From: an uncultured candidate division Zixibacteria bacterium
GTDB taxonomy: Bacteria > Zixibacteria > MSB-5A5 > UBA10806
NCBI GenBank assembly: GCA_963817915.1
Contig: CAWFQL010000017.1
Location: 320,001-384,000, forward strand
Direction: 5' to 3'
DNA length: 64,000 nucleotides
Notes under the pieces: generated by a model
What the model saw: only the letters and a program-made list of their open reading frames with translations
What the model was told of the DNA's origin: nothing
Databases searched by the model: none
Program-made: the position numbers and the translations under genes
Shown: positions 1 through 9,156 of the stretch, piece after piece
How the letters are laid out: each line of letters begins with the position of its first letter
Position numbering within the stretch: the first letter of the stretch is position 1

Positions 1-2
1 GA

Positions 3-1010
3 ATGAGATTCGATAGTCCGCAATTTCTTTGGATATATTTTGCTATTCCGGCTCTATTCCTGATCCTGTTATTAGGCGGGAAGCTCAAAAAATCAGCCCA
101 AAACAAATTTGGCCATTCGTCGACCGTTTCAAGATTATTCGGCCAATTGAATTTATCAACGCGGAATATATCTTTCATATTGCTTTTGGGCGGAATAGCT
201 TTTGTTGTCACTGCCCTGGCTCGCCCGCAATACCCCGGGGGGGTTGAAAAAATCGAAGCTCGCGGCGGAAAAGTTGTCGTGGCCTTAGATATCTCGCTAT
301 CGATGCTGGCAAATGATTTTCAGCCCAACCGACTTGAGAAGGCCAAACGTGAGATAATCAGCTTAATCGAAAAGCTACAGGCCCAAACTCTTGGATTGGT
401 CGTATTCGCCGGCGAGGCGTTTGTTCAATGTCCTCCGACTATCGATTATTCAGCATTCAGGATGTTTCTTGATGTCGCGGACGTAGGCATGATATCCGAT
501 ACCGGGACCAATTTGGCTGACGCAATCGATGTTTCCGCCAAGCTTCTCGATGATGGCTCGCCGATGGATAAGGCCATAATTATCTTCACTGATGGCGAAT
601 CATTTCAAGGCGATGCCGAAAAATCTGCTGACGAAGCCGCTAAAAAAGGAATAAAAGTCTATGCTGTCGGAATAGGAAGTCAAACCGGACGTCCGATTCC
701 TGATTACAAATCGAATGAAGGTTCATTAAAGAAGAATGACAGCGGCGAAATAGTCATATCACGCCTTGATGAAGCAAGCCTGACTAAAATCGCGGCTAAT
801 GGCAACGGAAAATACTTTACGGCTACTTCCGGCGAAAAAGAAATCGATGATCTTTTTGCGGATATTAAAGGATTAAAAGGGGAAGAGAAAGATAAGAAAT
901 TCAGAACCCTATATAATGAAAAATACCGCTGGCTATTATTGCCGGGTGTATTGCTGATATCCGCCGCAATGTTTTTGCCGTTAAGCAAGGATGACGACTA
1001 TGAAAAATAG
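3..1010 (+). CDS. batB: BatB-like VWA domain membrane protein
   Basis: 335 aa. N-terminal BatA-type TM segment (MRFDSP...ALARPQ), VWA MIDAS motif DISLS, FAGEAF and TDGE, C-terminal TM helix. First gene of a VWA-TPR-BatD-TPR/SH3 series. Confidence 0.85.
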   Translation: MRFDSPQFLWIYFAIPALFLILLLGGKLKKSAQNKFGHSSTVSRLFGQLNLSTRNISFILLLGGIAFVVTALARPQYPGGVEKIEARGGKVVVALDISLSMLANDFQPNRLEKAKREIISLIEKLQAQTLGLVVFAGEAFVQCPPTIDYSAFRMFLDVADVGMISDTGTNLADAIDVSAKLLDDGSPMDKAIIIFTDGESFQGDAEKSADEAAKKGIKVYAVGIGSQTGRPIPDYKSNEGSLKKNDSGEIVISRLDEASLTKIAANGNGKYFTATSGEKEIDDLFADIKGLKGEEKDKKFRTLYNEKYRWLLLPGVLLISAAMFLPLSKDDDYEK

Positions 1011-1734
1011 AATTCTATATGCCATAATTCTAATATTACCATTTACAAATGCGATAGCCGATGAATACCGCTCCAAAATCAATGATGGTTATGATTATTA
1101 CAAAAACGGCGAATACGAAAAGGCCGCGGATAATTTCAAACAGGCGGCGATTTTAAAACCCGATCGCGCGCTGCCGTTATTCGATAAAGGAACCGCGCTT
1201 TATAAATCTAACGATTATGAAGGTGCCGCCAAGGAATTCGGCAGTACCAACGGCAAGATCGACAATAAGGATATCAAGAGCGATTCGTACTATAATATGG
1301 GCAATGCATTATTTAAGGCGGGAAAATACGATGACGCCATAAAATCATATGTAGACGCGTTAAAGTTGAATCCCAAGGATAAGGATTATAAACATAATCT
1401 CGAGACTGCTCTTATAAAAAAACAAATCCAGCAACAGCAACAACAGCAACAAAAACAAGACCAGAATAAAGACAAAAATAAAGATCAGCAGAAGCAGGAT
1501 CAACAGAAACAAGATCAGCAAAAACAGGACCAGCAGAAGAAAGATCAACAGCAAAATCAGCAGGACCAAAAGAAAGACGAGCAAAAAGATCAGCAGCAGG
1601 CCGGCGCCCAGGATAAAAAGATGTCAAAAGAACAGGCGCAACGACTATTGGCTCAGTTCGCCGAAGACGAAAAAGAAATTCAAAAGCAGTTAAAACAGGT
1701 AAATCTGAGGAGCCGTTCTCGTAATGATTGGTAG
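1000..1734 (+). CDS. batC: BatC-like TPR protein with Gln/Lys/Asp-rich linker
   Basis: Signal peptide, TPR repeats (YYNMGNALFKAGKYDDAIKSY), Q-rich linker and C-terminal NDW typical of BatC. ATG 1000 is preferred over 991 because AAGGA lies 8 nt upstream. Confidence 0.85.
   Translation: MKNRILYAIILILPFTNAIADEYRSKINDGYDYYKNGEYEKAADNFKQAAILKPDRALPLFDKGTALYKSNDYEGAAKEFGSTNGKIDNKDIKSDSYYNMGNALFKAGKYDDAIKSYVDALKLNPKDKDYKHNLETALIKKQIQQQQQQQQKQDQNKDKNKDQQKQDQQKQDQQKQDQQKKDQQQNQQDQKKDEQKDQQQAGAQDKKMSKEQAQRLLAQFAEDEKEIQKQLKQVNLRSRSRNDW
1483..1557 (+). repeat. Five degenerate 15-nt tandem units encoding DQQKQ-like pentapeptides in batC
   Basis: gatcagcagaagcag / gatcaacagaaacaa / gatcagcaaaaacag / gaccagcagaagaaa / gatcaacagcaaaat, preceded by a poly-Gln run. 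Confidence 0.8.
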
Positions 1735-3508
1735 AAAAATAAAATATCTTCTGATTGGATTAATATCGATCGCGGCTACCTCTGTTTTTGGAGCGACTAT
1801 TACGGCTTCTGTCGACCGCAATGATGTCGGAGTTGGCGAACAGATTGTCTTATCTATTTCTATATCAGGAAAAGGCGGAAGCCTTCCCGATCCCACTCTA
1901 CCGGATCTTTCGCCATTTGAAGTATATTCATCCGGAAGAAGTCAAAATATTTCGATCGGCATGGGCGGATATGTCTCATCGGTCGAAATAAATTACGTTC
2001 TTGTACCCAAAAAGGCCGGTGACTTCATGATCGGGCCGGTGACAGTCAAGGACAATGGTGGAATTGTATCGACGCAACCGATAAAGATAACCGTACGCCA
2101 ACAAAACCAGAACGCTATCCCTCAACAGAAATCTTCCCAGGGAGCTAAATCCCAACCCGCGAGAAAAGGGGATGATTTCTTCATGGAACAATCGGTCGAT
2201 AAGACAAACCCCTATATAGGCGAACAAGTCGTCATTAGCGCCCGTTTTTATCAAGGTGTGAATTTATGGAATGCCCCGCAATGGGTCCTGCCAAAATATA
2301 ATGGTTCTATTGCCGAAGACCTTCCGCCCGTTCCTCGCTATTATGTGAATATCAACGGAAGAAGATATTTAGTCACGGAATATAAAAGGGCAATTTTCCC
2401 CATCTTATCCGGCCAGCTTACAATCGATTCCCCACAATTAACAATCAGGCCGGATGATTTCGGGGCCAATATGGATCCCTTCAGTTTTTTTAATCAAAAC
2501 ATGCGGGATCTTTTCAAACGGGGCCAACCGAAGCTTATTACCGCTCCGCCCATAACGCTGCGAATACGTCAGCTGCCCGAAGCTGGCAAGCCCATTGATT
2601 TCGCCGGCGCAGTAGGGAAATTTAAAATCAATGTCGAGGCCGATAAGGACTCAGTTGGAGTCGATGAGCCGATAACTCTTAAATTCACTTTGGCAGGAAC
2701 GGGTAATATAAAATCGATATCGACTATCAAATTACCCGAATTGCCGGATTTCAGGGTTTACGAATCTGGCAACACCGAATCCATTTCTAATACCAGTGGA
2801 GTCATCTCCGGTACCAAGACCTTCGAGCAGGCGGTAATACCGAAAACATCCGGGAAATTTATATTACCATCCGTTAAATTCAGCTATTTCGACCCCGGAG
2901 TCGGAGCTTATAAGACTGTCCAGACTCAATCGCTGAACGTGGTGGCGAGCGGGCAGGGCTTATCGGATGTTGGAGGTGCTCCAAAAAATATTATAGGCAC
3001 GGCGCAGAAATCATTTGGGTACATTATTACCGATTTCTCCAGGCCATCAAGTCGGCTGGAGCTGGCCGGCAGTTTTTGGTTTTGGATTCTACAGATATTA
3101 CCTTTGGGTGGGATAGTTGCCGCTTTCATTTATAAATCCCACTATCGAAAATTGCTAACCGATAAAAACTATGCGCGCAAAATCAACGCCGGCAGGAATC
3201 TTAAAATATTATTTAAGAAAGCCGAGACCAGCAAGACTAACAGCCAGTTTGCGGAATTTTACGAAAATATAAATGATGCCATACTTGGCTTTGTGGCCGA
3301 CCGATTAGGTTTTGAAAAATCAGGACTGACAATAGACAGCCTAAAAAGTGAAGATCGAATTGATATTGCGCTTCGAAATAATCTAACGTCGTTTCTGGAA
3401 ATATGTCAGACGGCACGTTTCTCACCTCAGGGATTCAGCGCCATGAGAACCGGCGGAATATTAAATGATGCCCAAAATCTCATAAGCCGTCTGGAGAAAT
3501 CATTATGA
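1724..3508 (+). CDS. batD: BatD family protein
   Basis: 594 aa. Signal peptide, ITASVDRN..VGE repeat domains, GAVGKF, FSYFDP and a C-terminal TM helix. Position in the Bat operon. Confidence 0.88.
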   Translation: MIGRKIKYLLIGLISIAATSVFGATITASVDRNDVGVGEQIVLSISISGKGGSLPDPTLPDLSPFEVYSSGRSQNISIGMGGYVSSVEINYVLVPKKAGDFMIGPVTVKDNGGIVSTQPIKITVRQQNQNAIPQQKSSQGAKSQPARKGDDFFMEQSVDKTNPYIGEQVVISARFYQGVNLWNAPQWVLPKYNGSIAEDLPPVPRYYVNINGRRYLVTEYKRAIFPILSGQLTIDSPQLTIRPDDFGANMDPFSFFNQNMRDLFKRGQPKLITAPPITLRIRQLPEAGKPIDFAGAVGKFKINVEADKDSVGVDEPITLKFTLAGTGNIKSISTIKLPELPDFRVYESGNTESISNTSGVISGTKTFEQAVIPKTSGKFILPSVKFSYFDPGVGAYKTVQTQSLNVVASGQGLSDVGGAPKNIIGTAQKSFGYIITDFSRPSSRLELAGSFWFWILQILPLGGIVAAFIYKSHYRKLLTDKNYARKINAGRNLKILFKKAETSKTNSQFAEFYENINDAILGFVADRLGFEKSGLTIDSLKSEDRIDIALRNNLTSFLEICQTARFSPQGFSAMRTGGILNDAQNLISRLEKSL

Positions 3509-4261
3509 GAAAAACGCTATTGGGTATTTTCCTGTTTATAACGATATTCTCGATCTCAGGCTTTCGCGCAGGATAATAATACACTTTGGAAAAATGCTGC
3601 GGATGAATATGATAGAAGCCAATATGACCAGGCCATTGATAATTACAATCGTCTCCTTGAAAGGGGCTATATTAACCCTGAGATATACTATAATATTGGT
3701 AATTCGTATTTTAAGAATGGCGATGTCGGTCGGGCGATCTGGGCGTATCGGCGCGCCTTGATCATCAATCCCGATTTTAAACCGGCCAAGGCCAATCTCG
3801 CTTATGTTAGATCGTTCAATACTGATCAGATCGAAATCGGGAAAAAAGGATTTATCCTGGATATCTGGGATTTTTTGACGGGGCTTTTTTCCACAAATGG
3901 GTTCCTCATACTCTTTTGCATTGTATGGTGGACTCTGGTATTGTTATTGGCATATATTATTATTAGGCTGGATAGATCGTCGTGGCCATATTATTTCTTG
4001 ATAGTCTCAATCATAGTTGTTATCTTTTCAGGCGCCTCCGCGGCCCGACGAATTCATGATGACAAACTTACAAGGTGGGGGGTGATTGTCGCGTTATCGG
4101 CCGATATCAGGGAAGGGCCCGGCGACGAATTCAATAAAATCGAAATTGGCCACGAAGGTCTGGAATGTATTATTCTGAGCGAACGTGAAAATAACTATTT
4201 AATAGAACTTGGAAACGGTCTCAAGGGATGGGTACAGAAAAAATCCGTGCTTGAAATTTGA
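3505..4261 (+). CDS. batE: BatE-like TPR/SH3 protein, frameshifted near 3559-3560 (about 251 aa if repaired)
   Basis: ATG 3505 overlaps the batD stop and encodes signal peptide MRKTLLGIFLFITIFSIS. Removing one G at tcaGGct gives SAFAQDNNTLW...YYNIGNSYFKNGDVGRAIWAYRRAL, in frame with ORF 3758-4261 (two TMs, SH3-like REGPG...GWV). Confidence 0.82.
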
Positions 4262-5316
4262 AATCTTCTAAGATAAAAAAACTGCTCGGTCTATTGCTGG
4301 CAATAGCACTCCTTGTATATTGTTTTTATGATTTTGATTTTGACAGCGTCATAAAAGCAATCTCGAAAATAGACTATTACTATCTGATACCTCTAGTCTT
4401 CATGGAAGCGTTTATAGCCTTTGTTCGCGCAGTTCGGCTTAAATACATAATCGATCCTGTTAAGCATGTCTCTATAGTGGCGCTTTATCCGATTTACTGT
4501 ATCGGTATGATGACAAATCTTATAATGCCGTATCTTACCGGACAGGTCGCAAGGATTTATCTCCTCAGTAAAAAGACTCGTTTAAAGAAGGCATTTTTGG
4601 TGACCAATACGGTTCTTGAAGTGCTGTTTGACGCTTTGACGTTGATCGGAATGGTAATGGTTATTTCGCTGTTTTTCGCGCTTCCTCAGAATTTTGGCGC
4701 CTGGTATATCATAATATTGGCCGGGGCGATATTATTGCTCTATATCGGATTATTCATATTATCCCGATCCCGCGGAAAAAGCAGTCGTCTTTATAGTTTC
4801 ATTACTCTAAAATTGCCAGTGGCTGCCAAGAAGAAAATCGACGAAATCAGAAATTCGATCCTTTCCGGCCTTGAGACCTTAAAAAGCACCAGACACTTCA
4901 TGCTGGTTTCCGCCTTATCCATATTGTCATGGCTGTGCCAGGCCGGGATTGTTTATCTACTTATATTGGCGTTCGGCTTTCCAATATCGATATGGGGAGC
5001 GGTAGTAATCACGATCGTGGTGACGCTGATGATGACCATAGTTATTTCCCCGGTCAATATCGGCACTTTCCAGGGTGCTACCGTTGCCGCACTGCATCCA
5101 TTTGGAATAGATAAATCATCAGCGCTTGCATTTTCGTTTTTGCTCCATATTGCGGTCTATATTCCGCCGATAATTCTTGGAGCCCTTTTTTCATTCAAGG
5201 AAGGGCTGACTTTTAAGCAATTGCATGATGAAGGCGAAAAGGGGGTTGGCAGTATCGAGCTTCAACCATCTACTGTTCCTCATAAGGCCAAACGAAGCAG
5301 TTCCCATGACGAATAG
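4258..5316 (+). CDS. UPF0104 / lysylphosphatidylglycerol synthase TM-domain (flippase-like) membrane protein
   Basis: 352 aa, multi-TM, family-like motifs RAVRLKYI, IGMMTNLIMP..GQVAR and SPVNIGTFQ. The TTG start overlaps the batE stop. Confidence 0.75.
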   Translation: MKSSKIKKLLGLLLAIALLVYCFYDFDFDSVIKAISKIDYYYLIPLVFMEAFIAFVRAVRLKYIIDPVKHVSIVALYPIYCIGMMTNLIMPYLTGQVARIYLLSKKTRLKKAFLVTNTVLEVLFDALTLIGMVMVISLFFALPQNFGAWYIIILAGAILLLYIGLFILSRSRGKSSRLYSFITLKLPVAAKKKIDEIRNSILSGLETLKSTRHFMLVSALSILSWLCQAGIVYLLILAFGFPISIWGAVVITIVVTLMMTIVISPVNIGTFQGATVAALHPFGIDKSSALAFSFLLHIAVYIPPIILGALFSFKEGLTFKQLHDEGEKGVGSIELQPSTVPHKAKRSSSHDE

Positions 5317-5376
5317 ATCGTTTATTATTTGCAGACTTTGAACAGTATTTTCCATAATATCACTACATAAATCCAG

Positions 5377-6066
5377 ATGAATAAACTGCAGATTACTAAA
5401 AAGATTGTCTCGATTGACGGCGTTTTGGAGAGCATGTACGGTCCCAAGAAAAGGACAAAATTCACAGCGCCCGTAGATGAATTGATTTTAACTATCCTTT
5501 CACAGAATACCAACGATATCAATCGCGATAAAGCCTATAATTCATTAAGGGCAATATTCCCTGCATGGAGCGATGTGGCTGAGGCGAAAAAAACTGAAAT
5601 AGCCAAAGCAATCAAGGTCGGCGGGCTGGCAAATATAAAATCGGGACGGATCAAGAGCATATTAGGGCAAATTGGCAAACTCTCACCGGATTACAGCCTG
5701 TCTTTTTTGAAAGATATGGGTGATAAAGCCATAATGGAATTTCTGCTTAAATTCGATGGAGTAGGTCCCAAAACCGCATCATGTGTCCTATTGTTTTCCC
5801 TCGGCCGAAAAGCGATGCCGGTTGATACGCATGTCTATAGAATTGGGCAGAGGTTAGGAATAATTCCTGATGATGCTGATGTGGAGAAGGCTCATCAATG
5901 GTTCCATGATTTGAATCCCGATGTTGATATTCTTAAGCTTCATCTGAATCTAATTCAACATGGCCGAATTCTTTGCCGCCCCAGGAATCCCAAATGCGGG
6001 AACTGCCAATTAAGAAAATATTGCCTTTATTTTAAGCAAATGGCGCCAAAACAGTCAAAATCATGA
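5377..6066 (+). CDS. nth: Endonuclease III family HhH-GPD DNA glycosylase with 4Fe-4S cluster
   Basis: ILSQNT, HhH motif LLKFDGVGPKTA, PVDTHVYR and the FCL motif C-x6-C-x2-C-x5-C. Confidence 0.88.
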   Translation: MNKLQITKKIVSIDGVLESMYGPKKRTKFTAPVDELILTILSQNTNDINRDKAYNSLRAIFPAWSDVAEAKKTEIAKAIKVGGLANIKSGRIKSILGQIGKLSPDYSLSFLKDMGDKAIMEFLLKFDGVGPKTASCVLLFSLGRKAMPVDTHVYRIGQRLGIIPDDADVEKAHQWFHDLNPDVDILKLHLNLIQHGRILCRPRNPKCGNCQLRKYCLYFKQMAPKQSKS

Positions 6067-6079
6067 TAATGATATTTAA

Positions 6080-6108
6080 TTGACACATACGCACATGATT
6101 GCTATTTT
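6080..6108 (+). promoter_or_regulatory. sigma70-type promoter for the peroxiredoxin-fold gene
   Basis: TTGACA (6080-6085), 17-nt spacer, TGn-TATTTT (6103-6108), then a GGAG RBS before ATG 6138. Confidence 0.7.
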
Positions 6109-6137
6109 AAGATAACATATGATAGTGGAGAAATAGA

Positions 6138-6617
6138 ATGGACAACGTGAATGTAATCAGAACGGGGTTTTTTGCGCCGGATTTTTCGCTTCCCGATAGC
6201 GAAGGGCACATGGTGTCTCTAAAGGAAAATTTAGCGAATAGTTTCGTCTGCCTGTGCTTTTTCCCGGATGGCGACAATGACAAAATTAACGGCATTCTTA
6301 AGGATCTCAATTCAGATATGCCCAAAACAGCCGCCGGTTTGCTGGTGAATATACTCGCAGTCTCACCCGAAAAAGTATTCCGCCTTAAAGCGCTAAAGGA
6401 TAAATTGAAAATAAATTTCCCGCTCCTTTCGGATCTAAAATTAAAAGCGGCCAAACAATATTATGTTGTTGACTCAAATAGCTTGAAACGAAATGTACAC
6501 TTTTCCGTATTTATTATCGATGATGCCGGAATTGTTCGGCATCGTTTTAGTGAAGTAATTGGTGTTTCGAAATTTGCGATGGAGAATTTGAAGATAGAAA
6601 TTGCTAAGCTGCTTTAA
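6138..6617 (+). CDS. AhpC/TSA (BCP/PrxQ-like) redoxin-fold protein lacking the peroxidatic Cys
   Basis: APDFSLPD, FPLLSD and VFIIDDAGIVR are Prx-fold motifs, but the PxxxTxxC site reads PDGDNDKI. Confidence 0.75.
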   Translation: MDNVNVIRTGFFAPDFSLPDSEGHMVSLKENLANSFVCLCFFPDGDNDKINGILKDLNSDMPKTAAGLLVNILAVSPEKVFRLKALKDKLKINFPLLSDLKLKAAKQYYVVDSNSLKRNVHFSVFIIDDAGIVRHRFSEVIGVSKFAMENLKIEIAKLL

Positions 6618-6660
6618 ATTTCTGAAACGATAATCACAAAAAAGCGGTTTATACTCGATC

Positions 6661-6678
6661 CGGGCATCTGCCCGTTTT
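6661..6678 (+). terminator. Small GC hairpin with T tract, possible intrinsic terminator
   Basis: CGGGC-ATCT-GCCCG-TTTT between the redoxin gene and the TolC gene. Confidence 0.45.
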
Positions 6679-6692
6679 GATATAGGTAGGAA

Positions 6693-8057
6693 ATGATGAT
6701 GAAAAAAAGTATTTGGTCCCCGGGAATATATCTAATTCTAGCATTTTTAATACTATCTAATGGCCATGATGCCGTCAAGGCCGATGAAATATTGGCGGTG
6801 GATTTGAAGTCAGCTATCAATATGGCGGTCGAACATAATGAGAATTATCAGATCGCCAAAAAGGAAGTAGATAAAGCCGACGGCAAAGTGATGGAAGCTA
6901 CATCAGGCGCGTTTCCGCAAATCACCAGCGGCATAACCTGGATGCATAACTGGGAAGTCCCTGTCGCGGTATTCAGCATGAATGGCGAACAAACTCGGAT
7001 TAAATTTGGCACCGCCAATAATTATACCGCCGATCTGACTCTTACTCAGCCAATTTATGCCGGAGGCAGAACCTTCACTGCGCTGAGAATTGCCAAACTG
7101 TATAAGCGGCTTGCACATGAAATGTTGAGCCAGGCGAGACAGGATTTGAAGGTTCAAGTATATAATGGTTTCTATGGGGCTTTGCTGGCAAATGATGTAC
7201 GGCTTGTCAACGAAGAATCAAAAAAAGTCGCGGACGAAAACCTCGATGTGGTCACAAAAATGTATAATCAGGGTATGGTGGCGGAGTATGATTTTTTGAG
7301 GGCGAAAGTAGAAGTTGCCAATCTTGAACCAGCAGTGATAAAAGCCAAAAATGACGCCGAAGTCGCCATGAACGCGTTCAAGAATTTGCTGGGATTGCCT
7401 TTGGATTCCCAAATTGAATTGAAGGCAGATTACGATTCATCACTATTTATTCTTCCGCCCGTTGATGATTCATCGGCACAGGCGGAGCTGCTAGCCAATC
7501 GACCCGAAATAAGGATGAGTGATTTGCAGTCTCAGATGCTAAAGCAGGCGGTCTCGATTTCAATGTCAGGCTATCGGCCCTCGCTGTATTTTTCCACCAG
7601 CCTGCAATATTCCGCTCAATTTGATTACGGCAGCGTATTTGATCAATCCTGGGCTCGGAGTATTACCAGTGTGTTGTCATTTACAATGCCGATATTCGAT
7701 TCATGGAAAACACCAAGCCAGGTAAAGCAGGCTCGGATTGACTATAAACAAAGTCTGCTCCAAGAAGATGCAACAAAAAAAGCGATGATTCTGGCATTCC
7801 AACAAAGCCGCGGCAATTATCATGAAGCCAGAAACAGATTGTCGGCTCAGGGCAACGCTGTCGAATTGGCCAAAAGAGGCCTGAGCATTGCCAAAGTCAG
7901 GTATGAAAGCGGAGTCGGGACACAATTGGAATTTTCCGATGCCAGACTATCGCTTTCAATGGCTGAAATTAATAAGGCTGTCGCTTTTCATGATCTGGCT
8001 GTCAATTATGTTGCCTTGATGAGAGCGTTAGGAAGAGAATTAGAACCTGTGAATTAG
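6693..8057 (+). CDS. TolC family outer membrane efflux protein
   Basis: 454 aa. Signal peptide and two OEP repeats (LTQPIYAGG; MPIFD...RYESGVGTQLE). Upstream of the MFP and RND genes. Confidence 0.9.
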   Translation: MMMKKSIWSPGIYLILAFLILSNGHDAVKADEILAVDLKSAINMAVEHNENYQIAKKEVDKADGKVMEATSGAFPQITSGITWMHNWEVPVAVFSMNGEQTRIKFGTANNYTADLTLTQPIYAGGRTFTALRIAKLYKRLAHEMLSQARQDLKVQVYNGFYGALLANDVRLVNEESKKVADENLDVVTKMYNQGMVAEYDFLRAKVEVANLEPAVIKAKNDAEVAMNAFKNLLGLPLDSQIELKADYDSSLFILPPVDDSSAQAELLANRPEIRMSDLQSQMLKQAVSISMSGYRPSLYFSTSLQYSAQFDYGSVFDQSWARSITSVLSFTMPIFDSWKTPSQVKQARIDYKQSLLQEDATKKAMILAFQQSRGNYHEARNRLSAQGNAVELAKRGLSIAKVRYESGVGTQLEFSDARLSLSMAEINKAVAFHDLAVNYVALMRALGRELEPVN

Positions 8058-8080
8058 AATATAGATGAAGGATTATTAAG

Positions 8081-9151
8081 ATGAAAAAGACAGTTTTATC
8101 ATTATTGATCATAGCGGTTATTGCATCAATTGTTGCTTGCGGGGGCAAGAAGCAGGAGATTGTTAAAGAAGAAAAGCCGGTGGCCGTGACAGTCGCTTTG
8201 GCACAGCCGCGCGATATTTCAATAGAAAAATCCTATAGCGGCTCGCTTGAGGGAATAAGGCAGGCCAATATATACGCTTCGATCCCCGAAGCCGTAGTGG
8301 AATTGCCGTATGGCAAGGGGAACAGGGTCGAGGCCGGTCAGCCGGTGATATTGCTCGATAAAAATGGAGTGGCATCACAATATAAACAGGCCTATGCCGG
8401 TTTTGTGAATGCGAAAGACAATTATGAAAAGATGGGCAAGCTATTCGCCCAGGGTGCAATTTCGGAGCAGACATATAACGGAGTTAAAACGGCATTCGAA
8501 GTAGCTCAGGCCAATTATGCCTCGGCGCGCCAGCAGGTCGAATTGACGACTCCAATCTCCGGAGTACTAACTGATCTATCGGTTAATGTTGGCGACTATG
8601 TTCATCTTGGTGTGCCGTTAGCCACGATAGCGCAAACCGATAAAATGAGAATGACTATTTTTGTTGAAAGCCGAGGCGCAAGCTATATCAATAAAGGCCA
8701 GGACGCCAGAGTATTAGTCGATCTCGCCGGTAGTACTCCTTATCAATCGGCAGGCGTTGTTTCCGAAGTATCCAAATCCGCCGATCCCGCTACTCGCATG
8801 TTCAGGGTTGAGATTCAAATTGATAATAAAGAAAATTTGCTGAGGCCTGGCATGTTTGCGAAGGCATCGATCATCGTAAATGAGCTTAAAGATGTCCTGG
8901 TGGTTCCTAAAGAATCAGTCTATTCCATAGAAGGAGTATTCAAGACATTTAAGCTTGAGGGGGATAGAGCCAAAGAGGTCACGGTCACTGTCGGAGAATC
9001 AACCAACGGTTACTATCAAATAACATCAGGCTTGAATATTAATGATAGCGTGATTGTGCTGGGCAGGACCGTGGTGATCGATGGTTCATTGGTAAAGGTT
9101 ATCTCTGATTCATTGGGCGCGTCGTATAGCGACAGCAAGCAAGAAGGTTAG
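8081..9151 (+). CDS. RND efflux periplasmic adaptor (MFP), lipoprotein
   Basis: Lipobox IVAC, lipoyl-like halves (VEAGQPVI; TPISGV...VNVGD), DPATR and LRPGMFA. Confidence 0.92.
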   Translation: MKKTVLSLLIIAVIASIVACGGKKQEIVKEEKPVAVTVALAQPRDISIEKSYSGSLEGIRQANIYASIPEAVVELPYGKGNRVEAGQPVILLDKNGVASQYKQAYAGFVNAKDNYEKMGKLFAQGAISEQTYNGVKTAFEVAQANYASARQQVELTTPISGVLTDLSVNVGDYVHLGVPLATIAQTDKMRMTIFVESRGASYINKGQDARVLVDLAGSTPYQSAGVVSEVSKSADPATRMFRVEIQIDNKENLLRPGMFAKASIIVNELKDVLVVPKESVYSIEGVFKTFKLEGDRAKEVTVTVGESTNGYYQITSGLNINDSVIVLGRTVVIDGSLVKVISDSLGASYSDSKQEG

Positions 9152-9156
9152 TCGAT

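Noticed and set aside
1429..1600. Tandem repeats as a possible CRISPR array or contingency locus
   Set aside because: The units are in-frame, synonymous-degenerate and have no spacers. This is the usual low-complexity BatC linker.
1360..1627. Leu/Phe-rich and Ala/Asp-rich minus-strand ORFs resembling membrane peptides
   Set aside because: They are antisense shadows of the Gln/Lys/Asp repeat in batC.
6264..6290. Selenocysteine peroxiredoxin
   Set aside because: No in-frame TGA. The catalytic position is ATT.
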